Of a DNA stretch of 64,000 nucleotides, positions 11,403 to 24,200 are shown in pieces; position 1 is the stretch's first letter, and each line of letters opens with the position of its first letter. Source of the stretch: Leucoraja ocellata (Eukaryota); NCBI GenBank assembly GCA_036785375.1, contig JAWMAR010000143.1:3534001-3598000 (forward strand). The letters run 5' to 3'. Below the pieces are notes generated by a model that was not told the origin of the DNA, did not search any database, and was given only the letters and a program-made list of their open reading frames with translations. The position numbers and the translations under genes are program-made.

Positions 11403-14400
11403 TCCCTTCTCAGTTCGAATGTGTTTTTTTCTGATCCTGAGCAACTAAACTATTTCTAAACGTACTGATTCAATATCGACATGAAAAAAATAACTAAACG
11501 AAGCAAATAAACGAAATAAAATGAAATAATTAAATCAAGTGTATTTACTTTAACTCCGATTATGATACAGGCATGTAGGGGCACATGCTCATAACATTTT
11601 CGATGTTGGCAGTAAAGTATCGGAGGTGGTAATCATGGACCAATCTAGTGCGCAACTTCCCATCTCCAAGCGTTCAGCAGCTACATTTAAATGTGAAAAG
11701 TATTAGCGTGAATAACAAAATAACTTAATTGTATAATTGGAACAATTTCGTGTTTCATCCAATTTTAGTCCAAACCTGAGATCAGATAACTAAATCCGCT
11801 TTTTATTCTTGATTTTATAGGTTAACCACGACGAAAAATAACGAAAATGAGCTAGAGTACCATTGATAAACTATACAATTAGTACGTACATGTATTGGAA
11901 GAATATTAACAGTGTAATGCCGCGGGTGTAGATTAAAACATGCTGTTTGTATATTGTTAGCGTCACGATAAGTAATGTCCCGGTGGATGTAGTTTGATAT
12001 TGCGACAACTTATGAAGAAAATAAATATAGAAATGTATAATGTAACTGCTGCTTTATTGTTTGTTCCTAACTATTATTAGAAGTAGTCCTCTGGAATACA
12101 GTGCCATATTGACATTTAGATTACCCGGTATATTAGTTCCAGTATTTTTTAAAGCAAGCACATTTGAATGTTGCAATAATGTTCATGTAATTCCAGCACC
12201 AAGTTATTATAAACTTGTCAGTGTTACTTGTAGGGGTATACATTGAAATCCGAGGTTTATCCAAAAAGCTAAATTTGGCCATTCCACTTTGGTTAAAAAA
12301 TGGTTATGTATCTTCAATCTCCTGCTGCTAAAAACTAATTTAAAACTTGTCTTTGAATGAACGAAAAAACCCCAATAAATACATATTTCAATATTTTGTC
12401 TACTTCTGAAATTTGATCAAGTGGGTTTTACTATTAACACCCTCAAGGTGTTTCCATATTTCACTTTTTTAATATTGGACCACATTTTTTCTTACCTCCG
12501 AGTTTTTCATAATGGATCAGATCAATTTTGCAACAGCCATGACTTGTCACAATTGTTTTATTGTTTAGGTTTTGAAGTTTGCAGAATTAAAATTAGTTCT
12601 TACCTCGTGGTTAAAATCGATTCACATTCTGTTGGTGAATAAATACCTCAATTGTCATTGTCACACCCCTCCCTCTTATGGGCCTCTGTTCGTCTTATTT
12701 AAAGAATAAATAAATGAATCTGCTCATCTTTGAATTTGGGGATTAATTTTCAAATATTATTTTATTACCCACTTATGAAAATTATTTTCTGAAATGTGCA
12801 GATCTGGAAACTGAGAAATAATACATTCGAATGAATTCCGTCAAAAATAAAGACAGCAAGATGCAACATTCCGCCAAGAGTTTTAAATGGATATTTTAAA
12901 TTGTAGCTCTCATGAAAGGAGTATAATATCGAAGACCATTTATTAGTTATAGTTCCGTTTATTATGGAAGATTGAACATTTGTAACTATTCTTTTTGCAG
13001 ACAGCTAATTATATAACCATATATGGTTGTTTAAAGGTCGCAAATATGAACTTTATTTAAGGAACACATAACTTTTAATATTTCCCATTCGATCATATGT
13101 TGAAATCGTTCACTACACCGACTCAATTTGAACATGGATATTTTCTCTTTGAAACGTAAATCACATTTGGTTTGTATTTGACACTATGAGAAAAGGTTCA
13201 TATTGATTTGTGAACCAGTAGATAATTTCGCATGTGCTAAATCGTCCGTAAATTGACAAATACATGATCTTTCTGGAGTTAATTGTTTTTATCTAAATCA
13301 CTTATACTCGTGAGTCATTAGTGGGCTTAATATTATTATTTGACATACAATTTAAGAATTGGTTGGTGATTGAGTGCTTGTGTTTGATATGTAATTAACA
13401 GCAAACATGTTCTATTATTTATGACCATATCGAGCATAAATTCTGCATAGACTAGCAATGCTACCAGGGATGGTTCAATATATATTTAATTTACGTTTAG
13501 CTCAGGATTTCTGAATAAACTGGTGTCCGATCGATAGCGTATGTAAAATAAAATATTGCACCCTTTCTTGGAGTCGTGCGTGCACAGAAATAGTTAACTT
13601 TTCAAGTATTCAAAAATAAACTCGCAACTTGGCTGAGGATTAAAATAATGAAAGTTGCTTCAGCGCCAATTTACAGTTAGTCGGAAATTAGAGAACCTAA
13701 AATTACGTTCGGAAAAAACTGAGTCTAATTTTTTTTTTAAACGGTAAAATTTATATTAAGCGGAAACGTTTACAGAAATCTAAGGTTTATTATTTATTTT
13801 AAATATGATAATGCAGGTGCGCAAGCCAATTCATTAAACAAATCTGTAAAGGCTCAAAGAGGAATATATCTATGTATTCTTTTGAATTCTATTATTTTTG
13901 GTTAATGTTGAACGTGCGGGAGAATAGCGAGTGGATATAGATTTAACTTAATCATAACCATGATGAAACCTTTTTGTGCTGTGTCTTTTGATCTTTTCAG
14001 AAGTTAACACGAAGTGGACAATGTAAAGGTGTCCATGTTCACGCGACTCCACGAAAAACATAAAAATATGTAACACTCGTGGAATAAAAAAGCGTAAAAC
14101 GACGGAAGTTCTCACGAGCCTATAAAACGCGACACTTGATTATAAGCGAAGTATCGGACTTCTAAATCGTAAAAGTACACGATCGAAAATCAGAAGAACC
14201 ATGAATACAGAACGCAACTTTTAAAACTGCGAGTTCAACTTAAAGCCTGAAAAAAATATTTTCTCCTCTTTTCATGAAAATGTTATATTGTTTTAAAAAT
14301 CTTATATGTATTATTCTGTCTAATAGTGCGTGTGCTTGTAGACAAAGATGCCTATTGTAATGTGCGCACCAGAATGAACACGTTGAACTTCTTGGTTAAC

Positions 14401-17400
14401 ATTCAAAGTAATGGTGCAGTCCTCTTCTTGGTGTATTTACATATATTCCCCATATCCGTGACGGTTAAGAGCTATTATTGTAAACGACTTCATCACTCCT
14501 TAGTGTGATCATATTTTTCAGAATTTATGGGAGATTGAATGGCATTTGTAAATATGCTTTAAACTCTCTGCTCCATTTCTGCATGAAAGATATCGAATAT
14601 ACACTTCGCAGAAGTATTGAAAGAGTGAAAAAAGTACATCTTTGAAAAACTTTATTTTAGACCTACTCTTTTTTTCTCCACGTTGCTTCCGAACATTGCT
14701 TGTAAAGTTGATATTTCGAGAGTAAAGCAAAATGTTGCAACAGTATGGGGCAAAAAAATCGCAACTCGGTGGAGCGCACCATTGTAAGTGGGGGTGGGCA
14801 TTCAACTCTCTCCCAACATTTTCCAAAATCAGAAAATCTCTCTTTGTTGTTGCTATTAGAGCCCTCTAGTTGTGGTACTGCACGGTGTTAACACGAGATT
14901 TGGGTTCTTAATGTTCTGCTTTGCAAAAAGCGGCGGAATAATATACAAAGACTTTCTCTTCCACACTCCCTGTTCTAGAATGCCTTCAAATCAATATCTA
15001 TAGCGCCAAATCAATATGGACATCTCCGCGAGTGAGATGTATTCGTATAATTAGTGGGGAAATACTCCGGTTCTTTGTATTAGAATGAATCGATGTTGTA
15101 ATTAACAAAAAATCCAGCAGGTTTTGCATTGTGATCACTTTCAGTAAACGTCAGATCGCTTTGTACGTGCTGTCGCGGCGTCTAGTTTTGTTGAGACTTT
15201 ATTTTTTTCACTTAACACGGCTTTATTTATAATGAGCCGGGTCATTTTCTTAGACATTGCGACCCCTTCGGTGTTAGAGATAATTCACACTAAAAAAAAA
15301 GTTATCAAATTAATGTCAATGTGACACTTTTGAAATAGGAGCGGCGAAAGCTTGCGAACTTTGTCATCACGTAAATGATTGTCGATCCACTGTATTTTTT
15401 AAAGTTCCTCGGGGCGGTTGCTCCTGCTGTTGATCGAGTCTGCCAGTCTTCATTTGGGAATTTTACTAAAGACAACGGATGAAATATATTTCCGAATACC
15501 GCAGTTGTGATTGGGTTAATTAGTACTCGCCAAGCAAATTATACCTTTCGTGTTAGTGAAACTCGTGAAATGTAAATAAAAACCTATGGGAAAATCTGTG
15601 ACCTTTAACATCGACTGCTTCGGAAGTGCAGCTATGTGTCAAATATAACGCTGCAACAGTCTATTTATTTGTGGTATGTCCAAATCAACCAGCACCATAA
15701 ATCCAAGACATTGTCCCTGTCTGCGGGTAATGTACAAGCTGAGCTTTGTTACAGTTTGGAATATGATTGGTGCAATGAGGTTGCACATGATGTCTATCTC
15801 AAGAGATGTGCATCTGAATGAAATATATTAGTTCGATTATTGTGTATGTTAATATTGTAAGTATATTCAATCTTTCTATTTACAATAAATCATAAATGAT
15901 TAAAAAAAAGTAACGCCCATTAAATATTTAAATGTTTTCAATCCCAAGACATCGAGAGGTGTCATTTGGAACGAAGTTTTCCATATTTATTACTTGCGTC
16001 ACACTCTCATTTGTGTTCAACGGCAAGATGCATTCAATTTCAACGCACTGCACGCTGTAAATGCACACAGTATATTGGTAGAAAAACTCGGCATTTGACG
16101 TGTACACACATATCCAAATGAATCAAACGTTTCCAATAAACCGACGGTCAAAAATCAATAGGTGCAAGTTCGATTAAGTTTGAACTATTGAATATGATTA
16201 TCCTTTTGATGCCTGCTTTTTATCAATTTATGGTTAAGCCGCTGCAAAACCAGAATATCACAATTGTTGTAACAGAAGCACTTGAATAATATTTATAAAA
16301 CCTTCACTTGCGGATGGTGTGTGTTGAAATAATCAGGACAGAGGCCTAGACAGGTGATTTAAGTTACGACCGCAACTGTCAATACCATCCAGTTCGTGTG
16401 GGAAGTGCAGAATTATAATGCGTGAAGGTATAATAATCACCGAGTCAACACACCTATTTGATTTACGCAGATGGTCCAACTTAAAATATAACTTCAATGT
16501 ATTTTGTCCTTTGGTGATAGTCTCAGTAATAGGACAATAAATCAGGCATATGCATAAATATCAAAAAATACTGTTATTGATATGTGCGTGAATAATACGA
16601 CACCTGTTTGGGATAATGAACTCAGCATTGGAATGCGAGGGTTTAATTCCTAGTGGAAATAGTAAAATAAATAACACATTCTGTGAAGCACAATCTTTAT
16701 TGGATAGTTTAAAGGAGTACATCGTGCTTCTAAAGTAAGATTATTGTTTAATAATCATGCTTACAATACAACTGCGTTCCCTTATACATTTCAAATGCAG
16801 TACACTCTCATTCTCTTATCTGTGTCGATATTTTTTCAACAAGAGTTACCATTATTTCTCCCCTGTAGTAACTGTTGCCATTTGAGTACACCAGTCCTGA
16901 CAAAAATGCAATTTTTTCATACAAGCTCAGTTACAAACCCTACAAAGGTCAGTAATATCCCAGTAAATATTCCTCGGCACATCTCTACTTTTCTTCGCAA
17001 GCAGATTGCATATTTATTTGTGAAATACTCCTTTATGCTTAGGGATAACGGGCCAATGGACCATGTTTGTTATAAAACGCGAAATAGAAATAGGCCGAGA
17101 TCTCTTGATCTGCGCAAGGAAATAAACGGGTAGATGAAACGTACAAATCCTACAAGTTACAAAGGGGAAAACAAAAATCTATCATGCTTCCTTACCTAAT
17201 TCTGCTATTCAAAAAAAAAAATTACAGCACATTACAATTGCCTTCAGTATATTAAATGAAAGGAGCTTCACGCCGTGCAGATCTGATCGGTGATGGAACA
17301 GAACCTCGGCCCGGGAATGGAATTCCAGGCCAGACGCTCGCGCGACTTACGTCTCCCGGGATACTGGACGCTTATTGGTCAAACGTGCGGTCTGCTCCGT

Positions 17401-19854
17401 GCGTGGTTTCTATGCAAATACCGATGCGGAAATAAACACTAAGGACTGCAAATCGATTGCAACTTCTCAGGGCGCTCCACAAAAGTGCTCTTTCGCCATC
17501 AGCACAGAGCCAGAGAAATGTGAGCGATCTTGGAACGCTTTCAAAAGGGCTTCTTCTTGGGAAACAAAAAAAAACCCTCGGGCATCATTCGCCGACTTTT
17601 TTTTCGCAGCGGCTTTTGCATGGTTTCGCTTCCGGTTTGCAACGGTCCCCAGTTTATACATTAAAACCAAAATATAATCAACAAAAAGACGACAACAATG
17701 AAGCTAAACGTCTGAACAATTTAAAGTTTGTCACGTACTCTTTACATGGCGATGGTACGTGATACATAATGAACTTTATTTCAATTTAATATCATTTTAA
17801 TAGCATATTCTAAATTTGAATGCAAAATATTTAGGGATATTTTAAAGTATATTTAATAATGTTTCAGCCTGATATTTAACAGCAGATGTCTATTTTTTTT
17901 ATTCCAGTTTGCGTCCGGTTCCAGTTTGCGTCCATGTAGAAAATGTCAATTATTGGGCCAAGATCGGGGCTGTTAGAAAGCGCTGAGCTTGGCAATTTCC
18001 CCCCGTCGCTTGCTTGGTGCAAGAGCAGGCAAAAAAAATGTTGCGCGCTCTCTATGTCGAGACGTGTGATTTAGTCTCAAAAACCATTTTCTTCAAACGG
18101 CCAGCCGAGACGTGAACTTGAACCGACATGATAGGCAGATCATTCTACCAATTGAAATTTTCATTAACATCCTCGCGCTGCGCTGCGCCAATCGGTGCGT
18201 TCTAGCTGGAGTTTCCGCTATCAAGTTTGGTTTATTTGCAATAGGATACTTTGGAAGGGTTTGTTGGGAACTGTAGTTCAATGTGTACAGTGCTAAAGCT
18301 GGATCAATCAATTTACTAAGTGCGAGCTGTGTAAGGTCATAGACCATTTCATTTTCATTAAACATAATATAGTACGTGTCCAGGTTTCCCACCGTGTAGC
18401 CCAAAATACACGTGCAATATATATTTTTACATAAAAGAATCAATTTAGCAAAAGTGCTTTTCTCTTTTGTAATTCCCTTAAATGAGATAAGAAACAATCA
18501 CGAAATAAATAACTTGCACCGTGTTATAATTGTACATAACGTTTGCAATTATACATAATTTGCATGAATATTATGTTGCCCACTTGCTTTGGCTTTGCAT
18601 GGTGACTTTTAAATGGCCATTAGTTTTCAATGGGGTTATGTGTAAAGAACCAGATCCATAGTTTTGATAGGTAAATAAGACAGTTGGTACCTTCTCTTGC
18701 CTTCGGAAGTAGGGGGCTATTTGAATAGGGGTAGTGGAAATCATGGTAATGTTTGGATTAAATCTGCTGCAATGTTGCATATTTTCAGATACAATTATTT
18801 TCTAAGGTATTAAAGGATTTTAACGCGACCATAGCCACAGGGATTTCCGCAGCAAGTGAACTCAAGGATATGGATGATGGGCGGGGAATAGTCCCTGGAG
18901 TGGTTTCCCTTTAAATCGCTGTGTATTTTGAATTGACTTGTATATGTTTTCTATGATAACCAATCCAAATGCAGAAATGGCGGGTGTTATGACTTTCTCT
19001 TTGCATTCCCATCATCTTCTTGGCACTACAATGAAAGGCTTTGTCCATGCGTTTTCTGCGTTGCCGTGGAGCATGCACATTCCATACTACTGACAGTCAT
19101 AACCAGGCTTTACATTATCTCCTTAACATTCTAGGAATACACTATTTTTCACCAACGTCGAGTACTGAATTTCTGAGTGTTCGTGGAATGAAACTTATGT
19201 GCACTCATGTCATTTGTAACATAGAACTTTAAATATTTTAAGATAAATTTCCTTTAAGATAAATGTCTTGAAAATTAACAAAATTAACCAATATGCCATT
19301 AAGTAGAAACTACAACAGTACTATCCAAATTAACCAGTTCACACGTCTTGAATCCCACCATTACCAAGATGCGTATATATTTGAGAATAATTGAACAAAC
19401 ACGTGCTACTGGAAAATAATCCATGCAACGTTTCCCAGTTATTGCTACATTGCTAACACACTGGAAAGTTTAATGGATAACAAGGGTTGTGGTTGCAACA
19501 TGTTGGAATATTTTGCATTGTGATGAGGTCCTAACCTTCCACCCATATGTTTTCACTCCGCTGCATTTCAGTTCTGGTTTCGATTTGTAATTTTTAATTC
19601 AGAGCTGCACCTAATCTCATGATAATTTCTTCAAAGTGCGAGCTACCCTACTCGCTTTTCATTAGTTAAAAACACACACACCTTCAACCCAATTGCACAC
19701 TAACACACTAAAACTTGCACACTTCAGAGCATGTCTATTTGTTTAGAAATATGGGCTCATTAACATAAATTAATATATCTTTCACAATCTACGGTAATGG
19801 AAATTGTGGCGATGTGGTACACAGCCTCAGACATTATTTTTAAAGTGGACAGAC

Positions 19855-20008
19855 ACTGGAGTAACTCAGCGGGACAGGCAAGGCAGCTCCTCTGGATAGA
19901 AGGAATGGGTGACCATCTATCCGGAGATGCTGCCTGGCCCGCGGAGTTACTCTAGCATTTTGTGCATGTTTTCGGTGTAACCCAACATCTGCAGTTCCTT
20001 CCTACACA
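19855..20008. mobile_element. Short fold-back Penelope-terminal-repeat derivative
   Basis: CTGGAGTAACTCAGCGGGACAGGCA... followed by GATGCTGCCTGGCCCGCGGAGTTACTC...CATCTGCAGTTCCTTCCTACACA. Confidence 0.8.
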
Positions 20009-20711
20009 TTCTTAAAGCGGAGTTGCGCAGTGAACAGGAACAAAGACTACAAGACCCAAAGTGCATTGCAGTGATGGCGCATGCGTGGTGCCTGACCAAT
20101 GGTTTATCACTCAGTGTTACATATGGGTCATTTGCGCAGGCAAAGAAAATGTCAAACAATGAACGGCAGCCGTGCGGAGGAGCGCTGGACGTGACGCGAA
20201 GGGAAAAAAAACAATAAACAGGCGCATGATTCTTAGTTATGTATTGTGATTTATTGTTGTTAGAAAAAGGCGCCAAAGCCTGACTGCACAAATCAGAGGT
20301 TTTGGTTTAAACAAAACCCGACTTGGTGGGGGTGGGGGCGGGGAAGAAATACCCCAAATCATTTCGCAACTAACTTTAGCGCTGCCAAACAAATCGCTCC
20401 ATAATTTATTTACAAGAAAGTTGCACGGAGACTTTGAACTTTCTTAAAATGTGTATGTCACGGTGTTGGGATTTTGTGGCGGAATTTCTTTTCATGAATG
20501 GGCCATGAGAAAGAAACGCGCTCGCTCAGTGTGCCTGCCACAAGCTCAAGTCCAAGTTCATTGTCGGCTCTCCACATTGGCCGCCGCATCCAGCCACACT
20601 GTCCTGCTGCATTCGGCTGTTGACGCAGAGCCTCAGGGCTGGGAAGGGGATCGGGTTTTGTTCAAGAATCCAGTCGGTCTGTTTTTATTTCGAAAAGCTC
20701 CTCATATACTG

Positions 20712-20743
<32 letters not shown>

Positions 20744-21098
20744 GGTGGAGGGGGGGTGGGGGGTGGGGTGGAGTGGAGAGCGATGTTCGCGTGGCGCCGG
20801 GAGCTGCGGAGCAATCGAGAGGGGTGTAGTCCAGTCTGGCTGAGAGAAAGCTAGCGCTCCCTCACTGACAGGCTGCGAGCCTGACTTTTCCCCGTTTAAT
20901 TCTCAATCATAAGATCGAGACCGCTGCCGCAGAAAGCAGCCCGAGAGCGGGCAGGGGAAGATATCTTCCGGCAAAGCAGGTGTGAGACCGAGGGAAGGGA
21001 AGGTGTGTGTTGGCGGCCGCCCGCCCGACTGTCAGACTGAGAGAGGCAGAGTTGCGATGTGGACTATATAGTAACTATAGGCGGGGTTAAAGTTCAGG

Positions 21099-21182
21099 AT
21101 GGAGAAGCGAGCTGGCTTCAGTTCGAGACTGAAATGTGAAAGCCGGCTTTTCCTCTCACCACCACCAGCACCGCCACAATAA
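21099..21182 (+). other. Candidate upstream ORF, 27 aa, stop overlapping the main ATG (TAATG)
   Basis: AGG-ATG-G start; MEKRAGFSSRLKCESRLFLSPPPAPPQ*; TAA 21180-21182 shares its last A with ATG 21182-21184. Translation is untested. Confidence 0.5.
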
Positions 21183-21208
21183 TGTACTCTCCGCTCTGTC
21201 TCACCCAG
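21182..21208 (+). CDS. NFIA: Nuclear factor I A, coding exon 1 (MYSPLCLTQ)
   Basis: ATGTACTCTCCGCTCTGTCTCACCCAG|GTAGGA encodes MYSPLCLTQ, the NFIA N-terminus (NFIX has MYSPYCLTQ, NFIB MMYSPICLTQ, NFIC MYSSPLCLTQ). Phase-0 donor matches the exon 2 acceptor. Confidence 0.93.
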
Positions 21209-24200
21209 GTAGGATACATTTTTGCAACATTTGTATCCCTTTAGAGGCCAGCATGGATTTTTATTAAACTTTTTTTCCTCTTTTTTTCCCCTGCCTCCTG
21301 CTGCCTCTGAGATCAGTGTGTGGGCTCAGCGATCTGCCCCATTGAGGCACATGGCTAATGGCGGATACGTATTAATATTTATTATTTTTGAATGTAATAT
21401 TTGAGAGTATATATATATTTTTTTACAAATTACATTTTCCAAGAGCGGTACTTGCAAAGGTGCAGTGTATTTCTGAAGACTTTCCCAGGCCAGCGAAGTG
21501 TGGTGATGGCTGCTGTTATTTTTTTGAAGGAGGGGGGTGGGTGGAAAGCGAGCGATGGGGAAGCACGCTTTTGTTTTGACTGTAAGGTACCGAGTTTACT
21601 CACAACAGCGGTGCGCGGAAGTTTGATTTTTTAAAATAATATCTTCGTCAACAACCCCGCCAGTGGCCGCTCACCCCGCCGCAGCGCCAAAACAGCGGCT
21701 CCGGCGAACACTGCGCTCGGCGAGCCCGCTGTCGAGGCTGCTTCACCCAGGCTGAGGTGGACTTGACGGCGAGAGTTTCTTGGCGGGACACCGAGGTCCC
21801 ATCAGGTGTGGAGTACCGTCAGGCCAAGTTGCTTTCTCTGGGAGGTTGAGCACCTACCTCTAACTTTTCTGGAGCACTTCTGCAAACGCTGCGATTTGAT
21901 GGGTGTTTGCGGGCATTGTGGTTTCGTGGCGACACCGGCTTCCCTTTCGAGTTCCTTATTATTTTGATTCGTCTCAACCACTTCCCCAAAGCCCACCGCC
22001 CATGTCATTATTCCCTGTTTGTTGGGACCATTCAGTCAGACACCCTCAAGGTTTTCCCTTTTAACGGAGTTTTACTGCCGCTCCTTTTGAGGAAGGTAGA
22101 GGTTTCCCCAGTGGAAGCGTTCGTTGGCTGCTGGCGGGCCGCGTTTCTTTACACTCAAGTTTCTAGATTGCGGTTTTGCTTTGAAATCTGCTTTATTTTG
22201 TACTTCCATACACCGTAGGAAATTTAACCCGCGGTAATTCCAAAGCTTCTGTTTAAAATATGAACCGTAGAAAGTGGATCCAGGATCCCCGATTTTACAA
22301 CATAAACATACCTGCAGCTATATATGTTTCAACATTTCATTATTTCCAGTATTATCAATAACATGTTTATGTATCTTTACCAGCCAGTCGTTTCTTTAAA
22401 AAGTTACACGTCATTTAGAAGTTTCCAAAGCTTTATCAACAGTGGGCATTTTATGTTTCCATAAATCTTCTAAATTCAGAACTTTCCCCTGTGGGAAGGA
22501 GGGAAGCATCAAGATCTTTACAAATGCTTTTAAAATCCACTAACCAGACTGTGGGAAAGGTTCGTAGTATGACTTTAATTTTGCACCAACAGCAAGATAA
22601 AGTAAACGTCAATATGACAATCTTGAAGTAACTGTCGTTATATCTCTCAGGTTGGCGTTTCCCAATGAACACGTCAAATTATTCCGTGTTTTGCTACTTG
22701 CTAAAATGTCAGGAACATTTAAAAATGGATGCAAAAGTTTAATATAAACTCGACAATTTTCGGTAACCTGTGTGCAACATAACATTTTGCCCTTTTCCTG
22801 TATTCATTAAATACACAAGAAGTTGTTCATTTGTGATATTATTCACACTGTTACAGCATCTCAGAAAACTTTCTGCTATTATATCATTTGTTAATTGTAG
22901 GTAATTTAGTTACTGAGGCATTGAGCTTCAGACAATCCCCAGCCACACATTTAATACCAGATTCTTTGATGAACCTACTTAAAAATAAGTTTAAAAAAAT
23001 ACCATAAATACAAGTACGGTAGAAAAAATGAGATTGTGGTATTTTATAGTTACGAGTGTGTTGGTACAATGGTTAAAATATTGAACAGAAAGTATTGATC
23101 TTTTGAATACAAATAATTTCTACTACCTGCAGTATTTTCCTTGCGTTCTAAGTCTATTGAATATGTTTTGGTTTTAGGCAGAACCCCAAAAATAACATAG
23201 ATGCCTGATAATGTGTAGGTTTTAATCACAGTCATTTTTTTCTAAAAAAAGAGTTTAAAAAGTGCTTTCCAAAATGAATTTTGCTTGCAGCTTTGCTAAA
23301 TGAAAACATAAATAAGAAATGCAACAAATGATCTAAAATGTATTGGATTGTTTAAAAAAAAAAGTTAATCTTGGAAAGAAAGATGTATAATAAACATGAA
23401 CAGTAAATGGCGGCAAGTGGAGAATTAGATTTCCAGTGGTCAGTTGTTTGTAAACAATAAAGAACTCTAATTATCGGAGTTAAAATATAAGTAAGTTTTT
23501 AACCACTTAAAAGAACATTGGTGCTTAGTCTGTTTGCTTCATCATTTTAGACTGCATACACTAATTGATATGGCAGTGCCAAAAGAAGAACGTGCTTGCT
23601 GCACTGAAGTGCAGTGCTGAGGTTTATATCAAAATAGACCTACAACAAAACCACAACTTTACTGATTGTCATTTAAGTGGTTTGGCCTTCTAAAATGTAA
23701 TATTTAGAAATTAGCTTAAAATAGTTGTTTAAAAATTGAATAGGGAAAAATAGACTTTAATTGGGAGAAAATTTCATCTTTCTGGTTTTAAAAAAAAGAC
23801 AGCTTTGCATGTCAGTGTCTTATGTGTCTGTAATGGGAACGAACTTCACATTGCAAAATGTAATGCGCTGCTACAGATATTTAAGACCCCAGCCTTTTCA
23901 TGATATAGTGGACATTGAATCTGTAGATAATAAGAACCAATTGCAGCCGCATAAATACACTAAAATTGACTAAAGCTCCCAGCCTGCGGACTTTTCTTAC
24001 TGCTGCATAATTCACTTTATTGTAATATTTTTTGGTTCTTTTGAAGATATTCTTTTTGTAGGAAAAAACGTTATTCCACATTGAAAATGAAAGATGTCAG
24101 GCATCGTGGAAGATGTAGGCGGTGACATAGGTTAAAGTAATTTAAAGCTTCTTTTCTGAATTAGCAGTGTGGTAGAGCAAAGAAACTGTACTTTGGAAAA

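Larger units (their letters stand above)
20020..21950 (+). promoter_or_regulatory. CpG-rich promoter / 5' UTR / start of intron 1 of the NFI gene
   Basis: High GC and CpG around coding exon 1; NRF1-like GCGCATGCG at about 20077, CCAAT at about 20096, GC-box-like sites, (AT)n(AG)n and G-tracts at 20711-20775. TSS not determinable. Confidence 0.7.

Noticed and set aside
23570-23584. Autoregulatory NFI palindromes (TGGCAGTGCCAA; also 27801-27819 and 49912-49934)
   Set aside because: Half-site spacing does not match TTGGC-N5-GCCAA.
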